Below, in pieces: positions 49,842 to 60,976 of a stretch of DNA of 64,000 nt. The translations under genes were made by a program, and so were the position numbers. Position 1 is the stretch's first letter. Every line of letters begins with the position of its first letter. The stretch comes from Syntrophales bacterium (GTDB taxonomy: Bacteria > Desulfobacterota > Syntrophia > Syntrophales > UBA2210), in NCBI GenBank assembly GCA_963666365.2, contig CAXXNF010000001.1, positions 704,001 through 768,000 on the forward strand, in the 5' to 3' direction. The notes beneath the pieces were generated by a model. The model was given only the letters and a program-made list of their open reading frames with translations. It was not told where the DNA came from and made no database searches.

Positions 49842-52800
49842 ATGAAGCTGAAAAAAATAACCCTGGTGGTTTCTCTCGTTTTTGTTTTTTTACTGCCGCT
49901 GGCAATACCTGCTTATGCTGAAGATTACACCATAGAAGTAATAAAGGAGTACTACGACGACGGTGTAACTGTATCAGTGGAATATGAGGCATATCGCACC
50001 CTAGGAGGCAGTTACATAAGGCATGGATACTACAAGACCTTCTATTCGGATAGCACGCCAGAAATCGTCGGTCGGTATTATGAAGACAAGAAGGATGGAA
50101 GCTGGACCCGCTACTTTGCAAATGGGAAAAAATCCTTTGAGGGTTCTTATAAAAATGGCCTCGAAGAGGGCACCCACACCTATTGGTGGTCCGACGGGAC
50201 CAAAGCCTCCGAAGGCGCCTATTCGGCGGGCCTTGAGATAGGAATTCATAGGGAGTGGTATTTCGATGGTCAAATTGAGCGGCAGATCGGCTACAGCAAC
50301 GGAATTTACCAAGGGACCTGGACAGAATGGTACGAAGACGGCCAGATGAAATTTCAGGGAGAATACCGAAACGGCAAGGAAGAGGGAATACACCGGTATT
50401 GGTACGACACCGGATATATCTCGTATGAAACCTCTCATAAAGAAGGGGTATCTCACGGTCTCTGGACTAAGTGGTACAATTACGGCAATCAGATGGAGTG
50501 GCAGGAATCGTTCAGCAACGGCATTGAATGCGGAACCTTCAGGATGTGGAGTTCCTACGGCGAACTGCTCTATGAGGTACCCACCGGTATCTCCTGCAGC
50601 GCGTACGAGGTAAAGGAGGATCCCTATCCCGATCCCGAGGTGGTCCCCAAGGAGCTTCGCGGATATGTGCGCGATTGGACAACCGGGACGCCTCTCAAAG
50701 GGGCATCGCTTCAGGCAGGGGATTATCAGACCACCACCGATGCGGAAGGCTTTTACCGCCTCGAGCTGGGAGAGACGGATGTCTATACCGTCACCTGCTC
50801 CAATGAAGGCTACTACAGCCGCACCTCCACCTTCGATCTTACCGGCTACGACTACAAAACGGTCAACTGCAAGCTGAAACCGGTCCTGGATGTCTCTATT
50901 CCGGCCATTACCGACGTCACCTCGAAATACGGCAACACCTTTCTCTCGGGACTCACGGTGATGAACGAATACACGGTCTCGGTGGACTGGAGGGGAGAGC
51001 CGGGCACAGTGAAGTTCGAATTGAACGGCACGGTCTACCAGTCACCGGGAACGGCCACCGGCGCGACGCGCACTTTCAACATGGGAACCGATTTTATCGC
51101 GGGGACGGGCGCCAGGACCAATATGCTCAAGATCACCGCCTACAACGCTGCCGGTGGCGAATCGATACCGGCGGTCCTTCGGCCCCTGGTAGTTCCCATA
51201 CCGGGATGGGCCACCGACCTGGGCTCCTTCGGGAAAATCAAGCCCGACAAGGGACTGCTTGTCTATACCCTGGATGCCTCCTGGCCCTCGGAACCTATCA
51301 AGATTCAGATAGACGAGGAAACGTTGGGCTCCACCTTGTGGACCGCCTGGAACCTGGTGCCCATCGTAGGGGGAAGAGTTTTCGGCATCCCGCCGACCCA
51401 GACAATTCTGGCGGTGGAAGCAAAAACGGACGGTTCCGGAAGCGTGCTGCTGGGAGGATCGACGGGTTTCAAAGCGGCAGGGCAGGAAATCACCGGAAAA
51501 ATCGGCGGCAAGGGAAATCTGGAATACAAGATCGGCGAGGGCTTTGCGTGGAAGGGAGCAAGCCTTGTCCTGGGAACCGAAGGAACGATAAAGAAGGAAG
51601 TCGGGCCTGTCACCCTTATCCCCGCTTTGGAAAAGACCGTTTCTCTTCCAGTAATAGGAAGACCCCTCAAATGGTTCAACGAGAAGGCCAAAATCGAGGG
51701 AACCGTCAAGATCGGCGGCGAGCTCGACCTTCAGGTAATCAGCGAAACAGGAAAACTGGGCTTTCATAAAACGGAGGGAACGCTTACCGACGAAGTAGGA
51801 GTGGGACTGTCATGTGGGGTTTCAAAGCTCAAAACCGAGGTGTCGGGAGGGGGCACGGCAAAGATCACCTGGCAATTCCCTGCCGACCCCGGCTATCTCA
51901 AGCAACTGGAGTCGGAAATTAAGGCAAAAATAAGTATCACCACCTGGCTTTTCACAAAAGATTTTGAAGCGTCCCAGCCCTTCAGCTACCCGGAATCGGC
52001 TTCGGCATCGTCACTTTTAAAAAGCCCCGAATCGGCAACGCTCGATCTTTCCGATTTCAAACCGGTTTCCCGGGATTTCCTGAACAGCGCCTCCTACAGC
52101 CGATTCCTGCCCGAAAGCGGCAGAGCGCCCATGAGCGTTGAAACACAGGCCCTCATCGCCGAGGGGATTCTGGTCCAGAATGTCTACCCCTATTCGGAAC
52201 CGGTGATTGCAGAACATGACGGAAAGCTGGGAATCGCCTATGTCTACTTCGACCCCGCCGACACAACGCTTCAAGCAACGGAAATCTATTTTACCTACTA
52301 CAACGGCGAGACCTACAGCGAACCACATCCAATAAAGAATGACAGCCAGGCCGAATTTGCCCCGACGCTTGCCTTCGATCAGGACGGAAAGATCGTGGCA
52401 GCATGGGAACGTGTCAGGAATGAAAACTTTACAGGGGAAACCATTTTGGAAATGGCCCAAAATCTCGAGATCGTCTTCTCAGTTTTCGACCCCTCCACTG
52501 GCCAATGGACAGAACCGCTTCCCCTTACCGACAACAGCTACCTCGACCACAGTCCCATGGTGAAAAGGGGGACCGACGGAAGCCTTCTTCTTATGTGGCA
52601 AAGCAACGAAGGGGGAGAACTGATCGGAACAAGCGACTCCCCTTCCCGCCTGCACTATGCACTCTGGAACGGCACACACTTCGGCGCGGCACAGACAATC
52701 TCACAGTCATTCCAGGATTGTATCAGTTTTTCCGCTGCCTACAGGGGACCCGATGCCATTGTCGCCTATGCGAGGGATATGGATGGAGACCTGAGCACGG

Positions 52801-54446
52801 ATCAGGATCAGGAGCTTTTTTATCTTTCCTTTGACGGTTCCCTCTGGAGTGTGCCGGTCCGGCTCACCGACGATGAGATTCCGGACGTGAATCCACGCGT
52901 TCTCTACCGAACGGACGGCATTGCCGAACTCATCTGGCTGAAGGGGACCTCGATCACAAGGCTTGACGACTGGACGTCGGGCGCATACGAAACCATTCGG
53001 GACGGGAGTGTCTCGGTCACTTTTACCGATTTTGCCGTCACTGCCGACTCCCAGGATCGCCTGCTTGTGCTCTGGCAGGACCGGGACGAAAAAGGTTCCG
53101 ATCTCTTCTTCAGTCTCTACGACCGGGAAGCCGGTCTGTGGAGCGGAGATCTGAGGCTTACCGACGACAATATAATGGAAAAGGATTTTTCCGTACTTTT
53201 TTCAGCGGATGGAAAGCTTCACGCGGTCTATAACGGTGAAAATCTCGATACATCCGCAACTGATCTCTATCATAGCATATACGAACTGTCGCAGAATCTG
53301 ACATTACCGGCAGCGGGTCTGCGGGTGGAGCCGGCAAATCCGTCGCCGGGCGAATCGGTCACCCTTGTCGTCACCGTGGAAAACAGCGGAGACATCGCCC
53401 TGGCCGGCGTGGGGGTGAATTTTTACCTCGGCGACCCCAATGCATCGGGACAGCTCATAGGCGCCGCCACCGTCACACCCACACCGCTTGCGGCGGGAAA
53501 ATCGGGCGAAGCCTCCCTTGCCTGGACGGTACCGTCCTCAGGGGAACAGATAACGGTGTATGCCATGATTGATCCCGATGGGCTGATTGCTGAGGCGGAC
53601 GAAACTGATAACCTCGTCTCTCTTTCCGTAGTCAACCCTGATCTGGTGGCCATCCAGTGCCGCCTCGAGGAACAGGCGGATGGATCGGTAAATGTGATTG
53701 CAGTGGTCGACAATGCCGGCGAAGCGGCCGCTGACGATGTGGAAATACTGTATCGGGCCAACGGCGTCGATGTGGCCCTGCGCAGTGTGCCTAGAATACT
53801 GCCGGGCGCCCGGGTCGAAGTAATGTACACAATGTGGCGCAACATAGATTTTTCGGGCCTGCAATCGTTGATGGAAATCGCTGTCGATCCGGAAAATACA
53901 ATTACGGAGGCAAATAAAGATAACAATACCGCTTTCGCCTCGATTTCACAGATATCCCTCTCCACTGCAAGTGAAGATTTTGGCGGCATTGCTGTCGGCA
54001 CTCAGTCTCGCCAGCACACTTTGGTAATTACCAACACAGGGGTCTCGGCCATAACGCTCGGCACCATTACCATTACGGGGGATAAGGCGGCATTCTTCAC
54101 CATTCTGAACGATGCCCTGTCGGGCGTTACCCTCGAGCCGGGCGAAAGCGGAACTATCGATGTTTCCTTTTCCGCGCTCGAATCGGGAGCACAGAGTGCA
54201 TCTCTCATCATCCCCTGTGAAGGAACAGAAACCGACACCATCGCTATACCTCTCGCAGCAACAGGCATTGTAAAGGGGGATGTGAACGGCGACGGGACAG
54301 TCGATATTTCGGATCTCATTGCAGTACTCGCACTACTGACTGACGGCACAGGGAACGTTGTGTACACCGCCGCCGACAGCAACGGTGACGGCAGGATCGG
54401 CAGCGCCGAGGCCATATTCATTCTTCAGGCCTTGTCGGGAAATTAA
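49842..54446 (+). CDS. Large secreted protein: MORN-variant repeats, carboxypeptidase-regulatory domain, CARDB/Ig domains, C-terminal dockerin-like domain
   Basis: Signal MKLKKITL...AYA; G.WT.WY..GQ repeats; DPDGLIAEADETDN; GDVNGDGTVDISD...ADSNGDGRIGSAE. Confidence 0.88.
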   Translation: MKLKKITLVVSLVFVFLLPLAIPAYAEDYTIEVIKEYYDDGVTVSVEYEAYRTLGGSYIRHGYYKTFYSDSTPEIVGRYYEDKKDGSWTRYFANGKKSFEGSYKNGLEEGTHTYWWSDGTKASEGAYSAGLEIGIHREWYFDGQIERQIGYSNGIYQGTWTEWYEDGQMKFQGEYRNGKEEGIHRYWYDTGYISYETSHKEGVSHGLWTKWYNYGNQMEWQESFSNGIECGTFRMWSSYGELLYEVPTGISCSAYEVKEDPYPDPEVVPKELRGYVRDWTTGTPLKGASLQAGDYQTTTDAEGFYRLELGETDVYTVTCSNEGYYSRTSTFDLTGYDYKTVNCKLKPVLDVSIPAITDVTSKYGNTFLSGLTVMNEYTVSVDWRGEPGTVKFELNGTVYQSPGTATGATRTFNMGTDFIAGTGARTNMLKITAYNAAGGESIPAVLRPLVVPIPGWATDLGSFGKIKPDKGLLVYTLDASWPSEPIKIQIDEETLGSTLWTAWNLVPIVGGRVFGIPPTQTILAVEAKTDGSGSVLLGGSTGFKAAGQEITGKIGGKGNLEYKIGEGFAWKGASLVLGTEGTIKKEVGPVTLIPALEKTVSLPVIGRPLKWFNEKAKIEGTVKIGGELDLQVISETGKLGFHKTEGTLTDEVGVGLSCGVSKLKTEVSGGGTAKITWQFPADPGYLKQLESEIKAKISITTWLFTKDFEASQPFSYPESASASSLLKSPESATLDLSDFKPVSRDFLNSASYSRFLPESGRAPMSVETQALIAEGILVQNVYPYSEPVIAEHDGKLGIAYVYFDPADTTLQATEIYFTYYNGETYSEPHPIKNDSQAEFAPTLAFDQDGKIVAAWERVRNENFTGETILEMAQNLEIVFSVFDPSTGQWTEPLPLTDNSYLDHSPMVKRGTDGSLLLMWQSNEGGELIGTSDSPSRLHYALWNGTHFGAAQTISQSFQDCISFSAAYRGPDAIVAYARDMDGDLSTDQDQELFYLSFDGSLWSVPVRLTDDEIPDVNPRVLYRTDGIAELIWLKGTSITRLDDWTSGAYETIRDGSVSVTFTDFAVTADSQDRLLVLWQDRDEKGSDLFFSLYDREAGLWSGDLRLTDDNIMEKDFSVLFSADGKLHAVYNGENLDTSATDLYHSIYELSQNLTLPAAGLRVEPANPSPGESVTLVVTVENSGDIALAGVGVNFYLGDPNASGQLIGAATVTPTPLAAGKSGEASLAWTVPSSGEQITVYAMIDPDGLIAEADETDNLVSLSVVNPDLVAIQCRLEEQADGSVNVIAVVDNAGEAAADDVEILYRANGVDVALRSVPRILPGARVEVMYTMWRNIDFSGLQSLMEIAVDPENTITEANKDNNTAFASISQISLSTASEDFGGIAVGTQSRQHTLVITNTGVSAITLGTITITGDKAAFFTILNDALSGVTLEPGESGTIDVSFSALESGAQSASLIIPCEGTETDTIAIPLAATGIVKGDVNGDGTVDISDLIAVLALLTDGTGNVVYTAADSNGDGRIGSAEAIFILQALSGN

Positions 54447-54448
54447 TA

Positions 54449-54750
54449 ATGATGGACTCGCAAGAAGTCACAGTCCACTCCCTTGGCGGGAGGTGATGAA
54501 GGGGATGGGTATGTTCAACTACCTGTAATAACGTTACTTATAACCCTCACCCTAACCCCTCTCCCCTCAGAGGCTGTGTCATAATAGGTACACAGAGAGG
54601 AGGGGCCTTCGCGGAGGGTATGAAATCCCCCCTGCCACCCCTTTGTTAAAGGGGGGATTTTTAAGGAATAACAAATAGATGCCAAGACGCAGAGAAAAAC
54701 AATTTTTATTTCCTCTTGTCCTCAGCGCCCCTGCGCCTCTGCGCGAAATT
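54449..54750. repeat. Cluster of palindromic REP/MITE-like elements between convergent genes
   Basis: Copy related to the 17755 element, hairpin AAATCCCCC...GGGGGATTT, and CGCAGAG...CTCTGCG arms. Confidence 0.6.
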
Positions 54751-54840
54751 CTGTTTTTTCCAGTACGCTGCCCAAAAAACGGTGAGTTACTTTCCATTAT
54801 AATGCCGATCCGTCGGTATATGGAGTTTTTTACGAAACTA

Positions 54841-55344
54841 TCAAAATTCCCCTATCAGCACTTCCGGAAGGGGAATGCGATCCGACGACTGGCTGCGGTC
54901 AGCGGGATGCCCCACGGCAAGCACCGCCATCAGTTCCAGATTCCCCGGTGCATCGAGAAGACTGCAGACCTCTTCGGCCCTGTTCAATATTTCACCGAGC
55001 CATACAGCGCCCAGGCCCAGGGCATGGGCGGCAAGGAGCATATTCTGAAGACAGGCGCCCATGGCCTGGTGATCCTTGGTCTCGTGATACATGGCCCTTC
55101 GATCCAGAAATACGGCAATGCAGGCGGGCGCCTTTTCTATGACGGCACGGTACTTCGTCAGCACCGAAAGCCGTCGGCGCATGGCGACATCGGCAACTAT
55201 CACAAAGCGCCAGGGCTGATTATTGAGCCCCGACGGCGCCCAGGTTCCCGCCTTTATAATCTCCAGAAGATCATTTCTGGTCACGGGAGTTTCAGTAAAG
55301 TTCCGCACACTTCGCCTGGAATAGAGTCCCTCGATAAGTTCCAC
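54841..55344 (-). CDS. Nitroreductase family protein
   Basis: RRSVRNF, APSGLNNQPWRF, QNMLLAAHALGLG; GTG start with SD AGGAG. Confidence 0.92.
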   Translation of the reverse strand: MELIEGLYSRRSVRNFTETPVTRNDLLEIIKAGTWAPSGLNNQPWRFVIVADVAMRRRLSVLTKYRAVIEKAPACIAVFLDRRAMYHETKDHQAMGACLQNMLLAAHALGLGAVWLGEILNRAEEVCSLLDAPGNLELMAVLAVGHPADRSQSSDRIPLPEVLIGEF

Positions 55345-55366
55345 CGGTTCTCTCCTGTTCCTTGTG

Positions 55367-56188
55367 TTACTTTGTATCCGCCTGGTGCAGATGGACATCG
55401 GTCTGGGGGAACGGAATGGCAATGCCCTCGGCATCGAAGGCGTTTTTCATATTTTCGATCAGATCAAACCGAATCGGCCAGTAGTCGGTCCCCTTCACCC
55501 AGGGGCGCACGGCGATATTGACGCTGCTGTCGGCGAGCTCCAGTACGCCGATAGTCGGCGCCGGCGCCGCGAGAATGCGTGTTTCGGCCGCAAGCACCCG
55601 TCCTATCACCTCCCTGACCTTTTTGAGATCGTCGCTGTAACTGACGCCGAAGACCAGATCAAGCCGGCGATCCGGTTTTGCGGAGTAATTGATGATGTTG
55701 TCCGACGTGAGCTTCGCATTGGGAACAATAATCGTCCTGTTATCGGGGGTTTTCAGCTGCGAGGTGAACATCTGAATCGACTCCACGGTACCCGCCGTTC
55801 CTGCGCCTTCAATGTAGTCTCCCGCCTTGAAGGGGCGAAAGATGATAATCAGTATGCCGGCGGCAAAATTCGCCAGTGATCCCTGCAGGGCCAGACCTAC
55901 GGCCAGACCGGCGGCGCCGATGATGGCGATGAAGGAGGTCGTCTGCACGCCGAGCTGATTGAGGGCAGCAATAATAATCACCAGAAGAAGGAGGGTGTAG
56001 AGCAGATGCCCTACAAAGGTAATCAGCATGGTTTCCACGCCCCGTTTTGTCATCATCTTCTCGGTCAGGTTCGTAAGAAATCGCGCAATCCACCGTCCCA
56101 CCACGAAAATAATGATGGCCGCGATGATTCGAAGCCCGTACAGGGCCGCCCATTCCTGCAATGTTACCCACACCGCCGATGAATCCAT
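55367..56188 (-). CDS. mscS: Small-conductance mechanosensitive channel
   Basis: GAAGLAVGLALQGSLANFAAG, RPFKAGD, IPFPQ. Confidence 0.95.
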   Translation of the reverse strand: MDSSAVWVTLQEWAALYGLRIIAAIIIFVVGRWIARFLTNLTEKMMTKRGVETMLITFVGHLLYTLLLLVIIIAALNQLGVQTTSFIAIIGAAGLAVGLALQGSLANFAAGILIIIFRPFKAGDYIEGAGTAGTVESIQMFTSQLKTPDNRTIIVPNAKLTSDNIINYSAKPDRRLDLVFGVSYSDDLKKVREVIGRVLAAETRILAAPAPTIGVLELADSSVNIAVRPWVKGTDYWPIRFDLIENMKNAFDAEGIAIPFPQTDVHLHQADTK

Positions 56189-56418
56189 AGTCCATTCTCC
56201 TTTTCGTTCAGTATAAAGTGCTATGTTACCGGCAAACACCCTCTTGCAATCCCCGCTTTCACACAAAATAGCCGAACCTGTAAAAATTATCAAGCAAATG
56301 ATTCTGCAAAGTTACAGCGCAGGAGAAGCGACAGGCGATTTGATGTACCTGCACGAATGTGATACAAAAAGGTTGTTCTGTTACCGTAACCGTTCAGTCA
56401 CGACCCCTGGAGGCATTC

Positions 56419-58060
56419 ATGAGGAAAATTCTCATTCTGTGGATATATGTTGCCCTCATATGGGCCGTTCCTCTTCAGGTGTATGGGTCCGGCGACAGCA
56501 CCGCCGGCGCCCTGACGGAAAAGATTCGCGAGAAGATGCGCACTCCCCGGAGTTTCTGCATCCGCGAAGGTCTTGCATGTCCTTCGTTGCTGACCCGTTT
56601 TTACGCTGCACGGAAGTATCGTCCCGCCTGGTGTGCCGGTCCGGGGCTCAATGCCGAAGCGCTCGATCTCATCGCCTCCATAGGGAAGGCGCCCGAGGTG
56701 GGACTGAGGCCGGCGGACTATCATCTGGATGCCATCGAAACCCTGGTCCAAAAGGTATCGAAGGACCCGGCGGCAGGCGCCGATCTGGATCTTGTGCTCA
56801 CCGATTCCTTTTTTATCTATGCGTCCCATTTACAAGCGGGGCGCATCGACCCTGAAACCATCCACCCCCAATGGAGCGGCCATACGAGAAGACTCAATCT
56901 GACTCGAACCCTCGAGAGCGCCCTTGCCAGAGGCGCCGTCGCTGAATCGCTTGGCCGGCTTCACCCCCCTCATTCCGAATACGCCCGGCTTCAACAGGCC
57001 CTTGGCTTCTACCGCGCCATCGCACAAAAAGGGGGATGGGAATTTATCCCTCGCGGCACAATGCTGAGGAAGGGTGACCGGGACAGACGGGTGGCGCTTT
57101 TACGCCGTCACCTGGAAATGACGGGAGATCTGATCGAGTCAAGGAGTGAAGATACACTTCTGTTAGATGCTGCGCTGCAACGGGCCCTGATGAAATACCA
57201 GCAGCGCCATAACCTCAGGATCGACGGTATTCTGGGGCCCGAATCCACACATCGCCTCAACGTTCCGGTGGAAGGGCTCATCGGCGCCATTGAATTGAAT
57301 ATGGAGCGCTGGCGCTGGCTCCCTCACAATCTGGGGACACGATACATTCGCGTCAATATCGCCGATTTCAGCCTCGATGTAATGGAAAAGGACGAACCGG
57401 TCCTCTCCATGAAGATCGTCGCGGGAAAGAGCTACCGCAAGACTCCCGTATTCAGCAGTAATATGACCTACCTTGTGATCAATCCCTTCTGGAATGTCCC
57501 CACCATCATCGCAGTAGAGGATATACTTCCGCTGCTGCCCCGAAACCCGGCCTACCTGGCCAAGCAGAAGATCAAGGTCTATGAGAGCTGGGATGACAAT
57601 ATGCCCGAAATAGATCCGGGGCGCATCAAGTGGAACAGGCTCGACAGGGACACATTCCCCTATTATTTCAGACAGGCGCCGGGACCGGATAATCCGCTGG
57701 GACGCATTAAATTCATGTTTCCCAACAGATTCGACGTCTACCTTCACGATACGCCCCCACCGGGACCTTTTCAACCGGACAATGCGCGACTTCAGTTCCG
57801 GCTGCATCCGCATAGAAAAACCGCTTGACCTCGCCGCCTACGTACTTCAGGAAGATGAGCGCTGGAATCGTCATGCCATCGAGGAGGCCATGCAATCGGA
57901 AATCACGCAGACGGTGCCGCTGCCCCGCTCCATACCGGTCCACATACTCTACATGACCGCCTGGACCGATCGGGAAGGTCGGACCCACTTCCGTCGCGAC
58001 ACCTATGAGCGGGACATCGTACTCCATGCCGCGCTCATGAAAAAGCCGCCTCCCCTGTGA
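56419..58060 (+). pseudogene. ldtD: L,D-transpeptidase YcbB/LdtD family, +1 frameshift at C-run 57754-57758 (real or sequencing error)
   Basis: PG-binding domain, NMERWRW, NPLGRIKFMFPN, YLHDTP. Removing one C gives HDTPHRDLFNRTMRDFSSGCIR. Confidence 0.8.
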
Positions 58061-58194
58061 CCCCGACGGGCTTCACTCATTGCGCATGATAAACTTGCTT
58101 GTTTTCATCACCCCTTTTCTGCTATAAGACTTCCGATTGTCTGCAGAGGGAAATTAAATACATACACTGTTCATAAGGAGGCAGACGCCGTTCC

Positions 58195-58758
58195 ATGACC
58201 ATTTTTCAGCACCATATGAACCGCCGCTCCTTTCTCGGATGGACCCTTTCGCTTGCCGTTACCTCTCAGATTCCGTTCAAGGCCTTGGGCGCGCCCGCGC
58301 CCGTGCAACCACCGGCAGAACGCTCGCTCTATCTCTTTCACAGATGTACCCATGAGCACTTCAAGGGGGTCTACTGGGCTGAAGGAGCCTACCTCCCCGA
58401 GTCATTGAAAGCCATTAACACGCTCCTTCGCGATTATCGGACGGGCGAAATCAAACCTATCGACAATGGATTGCTCGACCTGCTCTATATGATTCAGATG
58501 CATGGATCAAAGAAAGATCCCCTCCATATCTTCTCGGGGTATCGATCCCGCCGTACCAACAATCTGCTCAGAAAGAAAAACCGCGTAGTCGCCCGCAACA
58601 GTTTTCATCTGAGGGGAATGGCAGCCGATATAACCATGCCTCAGGTTCCCCTGAAGACTTTGAGAAAAATCGCCTCTCAGATAAAGGCCGGCGGCGTCGG
58701 ATACTATCCGCGGTCCCGGTTTATTCACGTCGATACGGGGCCGGTCCGCTTCTGGTAG
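58195..58758 (+). CDS. mepK: YcbK/MepK (DUF882, peptidase M15) family protein with Tat signal
   Basis: RRSFLG, SGYRS, SFHLRGMAADI, GGVGYYP, FIHVDTG; follows ldtD as in ycbB-ycbK. Confidence 0.88.
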   Translation: MTIFQHHMNRRSFLGWTLSLAVTSQIPFKALGAPAPVQPPAERSLYLFHRCTHEHFKGVYWAEGAYLPESLKAINTLLRDYRTGEIKPIDNGLLDLLYMIQMHGSKKDPLHIFSGYRSRRTNNLLRKKNRVVARNSFHLRGMAADITMPQVPLKTLRKIASQIKAGGVGYYPRSRFIHVDTGPVRFW

Positions 58759-58931
58759 GGTCTGCATTTTTAGAAGACTTTTTCCTTGACATTTAAAAAG
58801 AATAAGTATTCTATTATGTTCTCTTGTTACATCACTTTTCACATAGATGTTCGCCCGGGGAGCAGACTCCGCGGGTGAAAATAGGGGGGGAGTGGGACAG
58901 TGCCGGCATATGAGGAAAGGAGGGACATTTG

Positions 58932-59134
58932 TTGGCTGAAGGGGTAGTAAAATGGTTTAGCGATAAAAAAGGATATGGATTTATCGAGGGGGGAAAACGG
59001 TCAGGATCTTTTTGTTCATTTTTCCTTCATAAACTCACCGGGATTCAAGACTCTCTCCGAGGGGGATCAGGTTACCTTTGAAATCGAAGATGGGGATCGA
59101 GGACCGGTCGCAAAAAAACGTAACAAAGTGTTAG
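58932..59134 (+). pseudogene. Cold-shock protein with two +1 homopolymer frameshifts
   Basis: TTG start, [18 protein letters not shown]; extra G in 58988-58993; then [11 protein letters not shown]...GDRGPVA; extra A in 59112-59118; corrected end KNVTKC-stop. Confidence 0.8.
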
Positions 59135-59254
59135 TGCAATCTCTTTCCTGCCTGTAGTGCACTCATGCAGGAAAGCTCATTTCGTGTAAGGCGACGCATC
59201 GCCGCATATGCTGCGTCCCCTCATTGCAGACCCTCCCGGATTGCACCCCGTGAT

Positions 59255-59284
59255 AAGGCGGGAAATTTTATTCCCGCCTTTTTC
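59255..59284. terminator. Intrinsic terminator between the csp gene and gspE
   Basis: AAGGCGGGAA-loop-TTCCCGCCTT followed by a T-tract. Confidence 0.7.
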
Positions 59285-59285
59285 T

Positions 59286-60971
59286 TTATATCCGGGTCAC
59301 CCTGAAAACCTCTTCGATGGTGGTAAGTCCCTGGAGCACTTTTCCGGCGCCGTCCTGCACCAGGGTGACCATCCCCGCCTTGACCGCCTGGCGCCGTATC
59401 TGGTTTGAATCGGAAGTGGTAAGCATCAATTTTTTCAGCTCGTCGTCGCAGAGCATCATTTCGAAGATGGCGCTTCGGCCTCGAAAGCCCGTGTTCATGC
59501 AGGCGGAGCAGCCGATGCTGCGATACACCGTGGGCCTCTCCCTTTCAAAAGATCCGAGCCCTATTTTCTTCAGCGACTGTTCATCGGGCACATAGGACTC
59601 TTTGCAGACGGGGCAGAGGACCCTGACGAGCCGCTGTGCAATAACAGCGATCACCGACGATGACACGAGAAAGGGTTCAATCTCCATATCGATGATGCGG
59701 GTGATCGCGCTGGCGGCGTCATTGGTATGCAGCGTGGAAAACACAAGGTGTCCCGTCAGCGACGATTGAATGGCGATTTCCGCCGTTTCTTTATCCCGGA
59801 CTTCTCCTACAAGGATCACATCGGGGTCCTGTCGGACAATGGAACGAAGCCCCCGGGCGAAGGTGAGATCGATTTTGGGGTTCACCTGAATCTGCCCGAT
59901 GCCCTCCATCTGATATTCCACGGGATCTTCAATGGTGATAATGTTGATCTCCGGTTTGTTGATGGTCGAAAGCGCCGCATAGAGCGTGGTCGATTTTCCG
60001 CTTCCCGTCGGTCCCGTGACGAGAATGATTCCGTGGGGCGATGAAATGAGATCGGTAAAGAGCGCCAGCCTCTGATCGTCCAGTCCCAGGTCCTTCAGCT
60101 CGAAGACCATCCCCGTCTTGTCGAGCAGGCGCAAGACCACCCGCTCGCCGAAGGAGGTGGGGATGACCGATACGCGGATATCGATGGATTTGTCGCCGAT
60201 CTTTATGTCGATTCTGCCGTCCTGGGGAAGCCGCTTTTCGGCAATATTTAATTTTGCCATCACCTTCACCCGGGATACCAGCGACGACTGAATCCGTTTG
60301 GGCAGGTTGAGAATGTTGTAGAGGATGCCGTCAATGCGGTATCGGACAATTAATGAATTATGGTAGGGCTCTATATGGATGTCGCTGGCCCGCTCCTTGA
60401 CGGCCCGCGACAGCATGACATTTACCAGCTTGACAAGGGGCGCGTCGCTGGTGTCGTCGAGCAGATCCGCCGTTTCCTCGATCTCGGAGATGATGCTGTC
60501 GGGAGATTCCTCGTTGATATCCTGTATGAACTCGTCGGCCGATTCGCCACCCTGATCGTAGGCGTGATTGATGGCCGAGAGTATCGCCACCTGGGGCGCC
60601 AGCACCACCGGCGCGTCGTCCCAGTTCAACAGATGGCGCAGATCGTCGATGGGTTGAAAATCGGACGGGTCGAGGACGGCGATATATCTGCCCTCCGGAG
60701 TGTCCAGGGGAATCATTTTGTGTCGTTTCAGATACTGAATGGACACCTTTCTGGTAAAGTCGACCTTTACATCCCCCAGGGGAAGTTCATGGCGGAGAGG
60801 AATGTCGAGCCGCCGGCTCACGGCCTCGAGAAAATCGGCCTCGGAGAGGCTCTTTCGCGCAAGCAGCGCCTCGGCGACGCCGCCGCCGTGGTCGCGCCGC
60901 AGCTCCTTCGCCTCTTCAATCAGGGCATCGAGCAGTTTCCCGGTATTTTTTGAATCGGCCGCTTCCGCCAT
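59286..60971 (-). CDS. gspE: Type II secretion ATPase GspE
   Basis: ASDIHIEP, RLPQDGRI, GPTGSGKSTTLY, RQDPDVILVGEVRD, TLHTND; adjacent to secretin. Confidence 0.92.
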   Translation of the reverse strand: MAEAADSKNTGKLLDALIEEAKELRRDHGGGVAEALLARKSLSEADFLEAVSRRLDIPLRHELPLGDVKVDFTRKVSIQYLKRHKMIPLDTPEGRYIAVLDPSDFQPIDDLRHLLNWDDAPVVLAPQVAILSAINHAYDQGGESADEFIQDINEESPDSIISEIEETADLLDDTSDAPLVKLVNVMLSRAVKERASDIHIEPYHNSLIVRYRIDGILYNILNLPKRIQSSLVSRVKVMAKLNIAEKRLPQDGRIDIKIGDKSIDIRVSVIPTSFGERVVLRLLDKTGMVFELKDLGLDDQRLALFTDLISSPHGIILVTGPTGSGKSTTLYAALSTINKPEINIITIEDPVEYQMEGIGQIQVNPKIDLTFARGLRSIVRQDPDVILVGEVRDKETAEIAIQSSLTGHLVFSTLHTNDAASAITRIIDMEIEPFLVSSSVIAVIAQRLVRVLCPVCKESYVPDEQSLKKIGLGSFERERPTVYRSIGCSACMNTGFRGRSAIFEMMLCDDELKKLMLTTSDSNQIRRQAVKAGMVTLVQDGAGKVLQGLTTIEEVFRVTRI

Positions 60972-60976
60972 ATATG

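Noticed and set aside
58786..58817. Sigma-70 promoter for the cold-shock gene
   Set aside because: TTGACA is present, but the best -10 candidates have 15- or 20-nt spacers; ambiguous.
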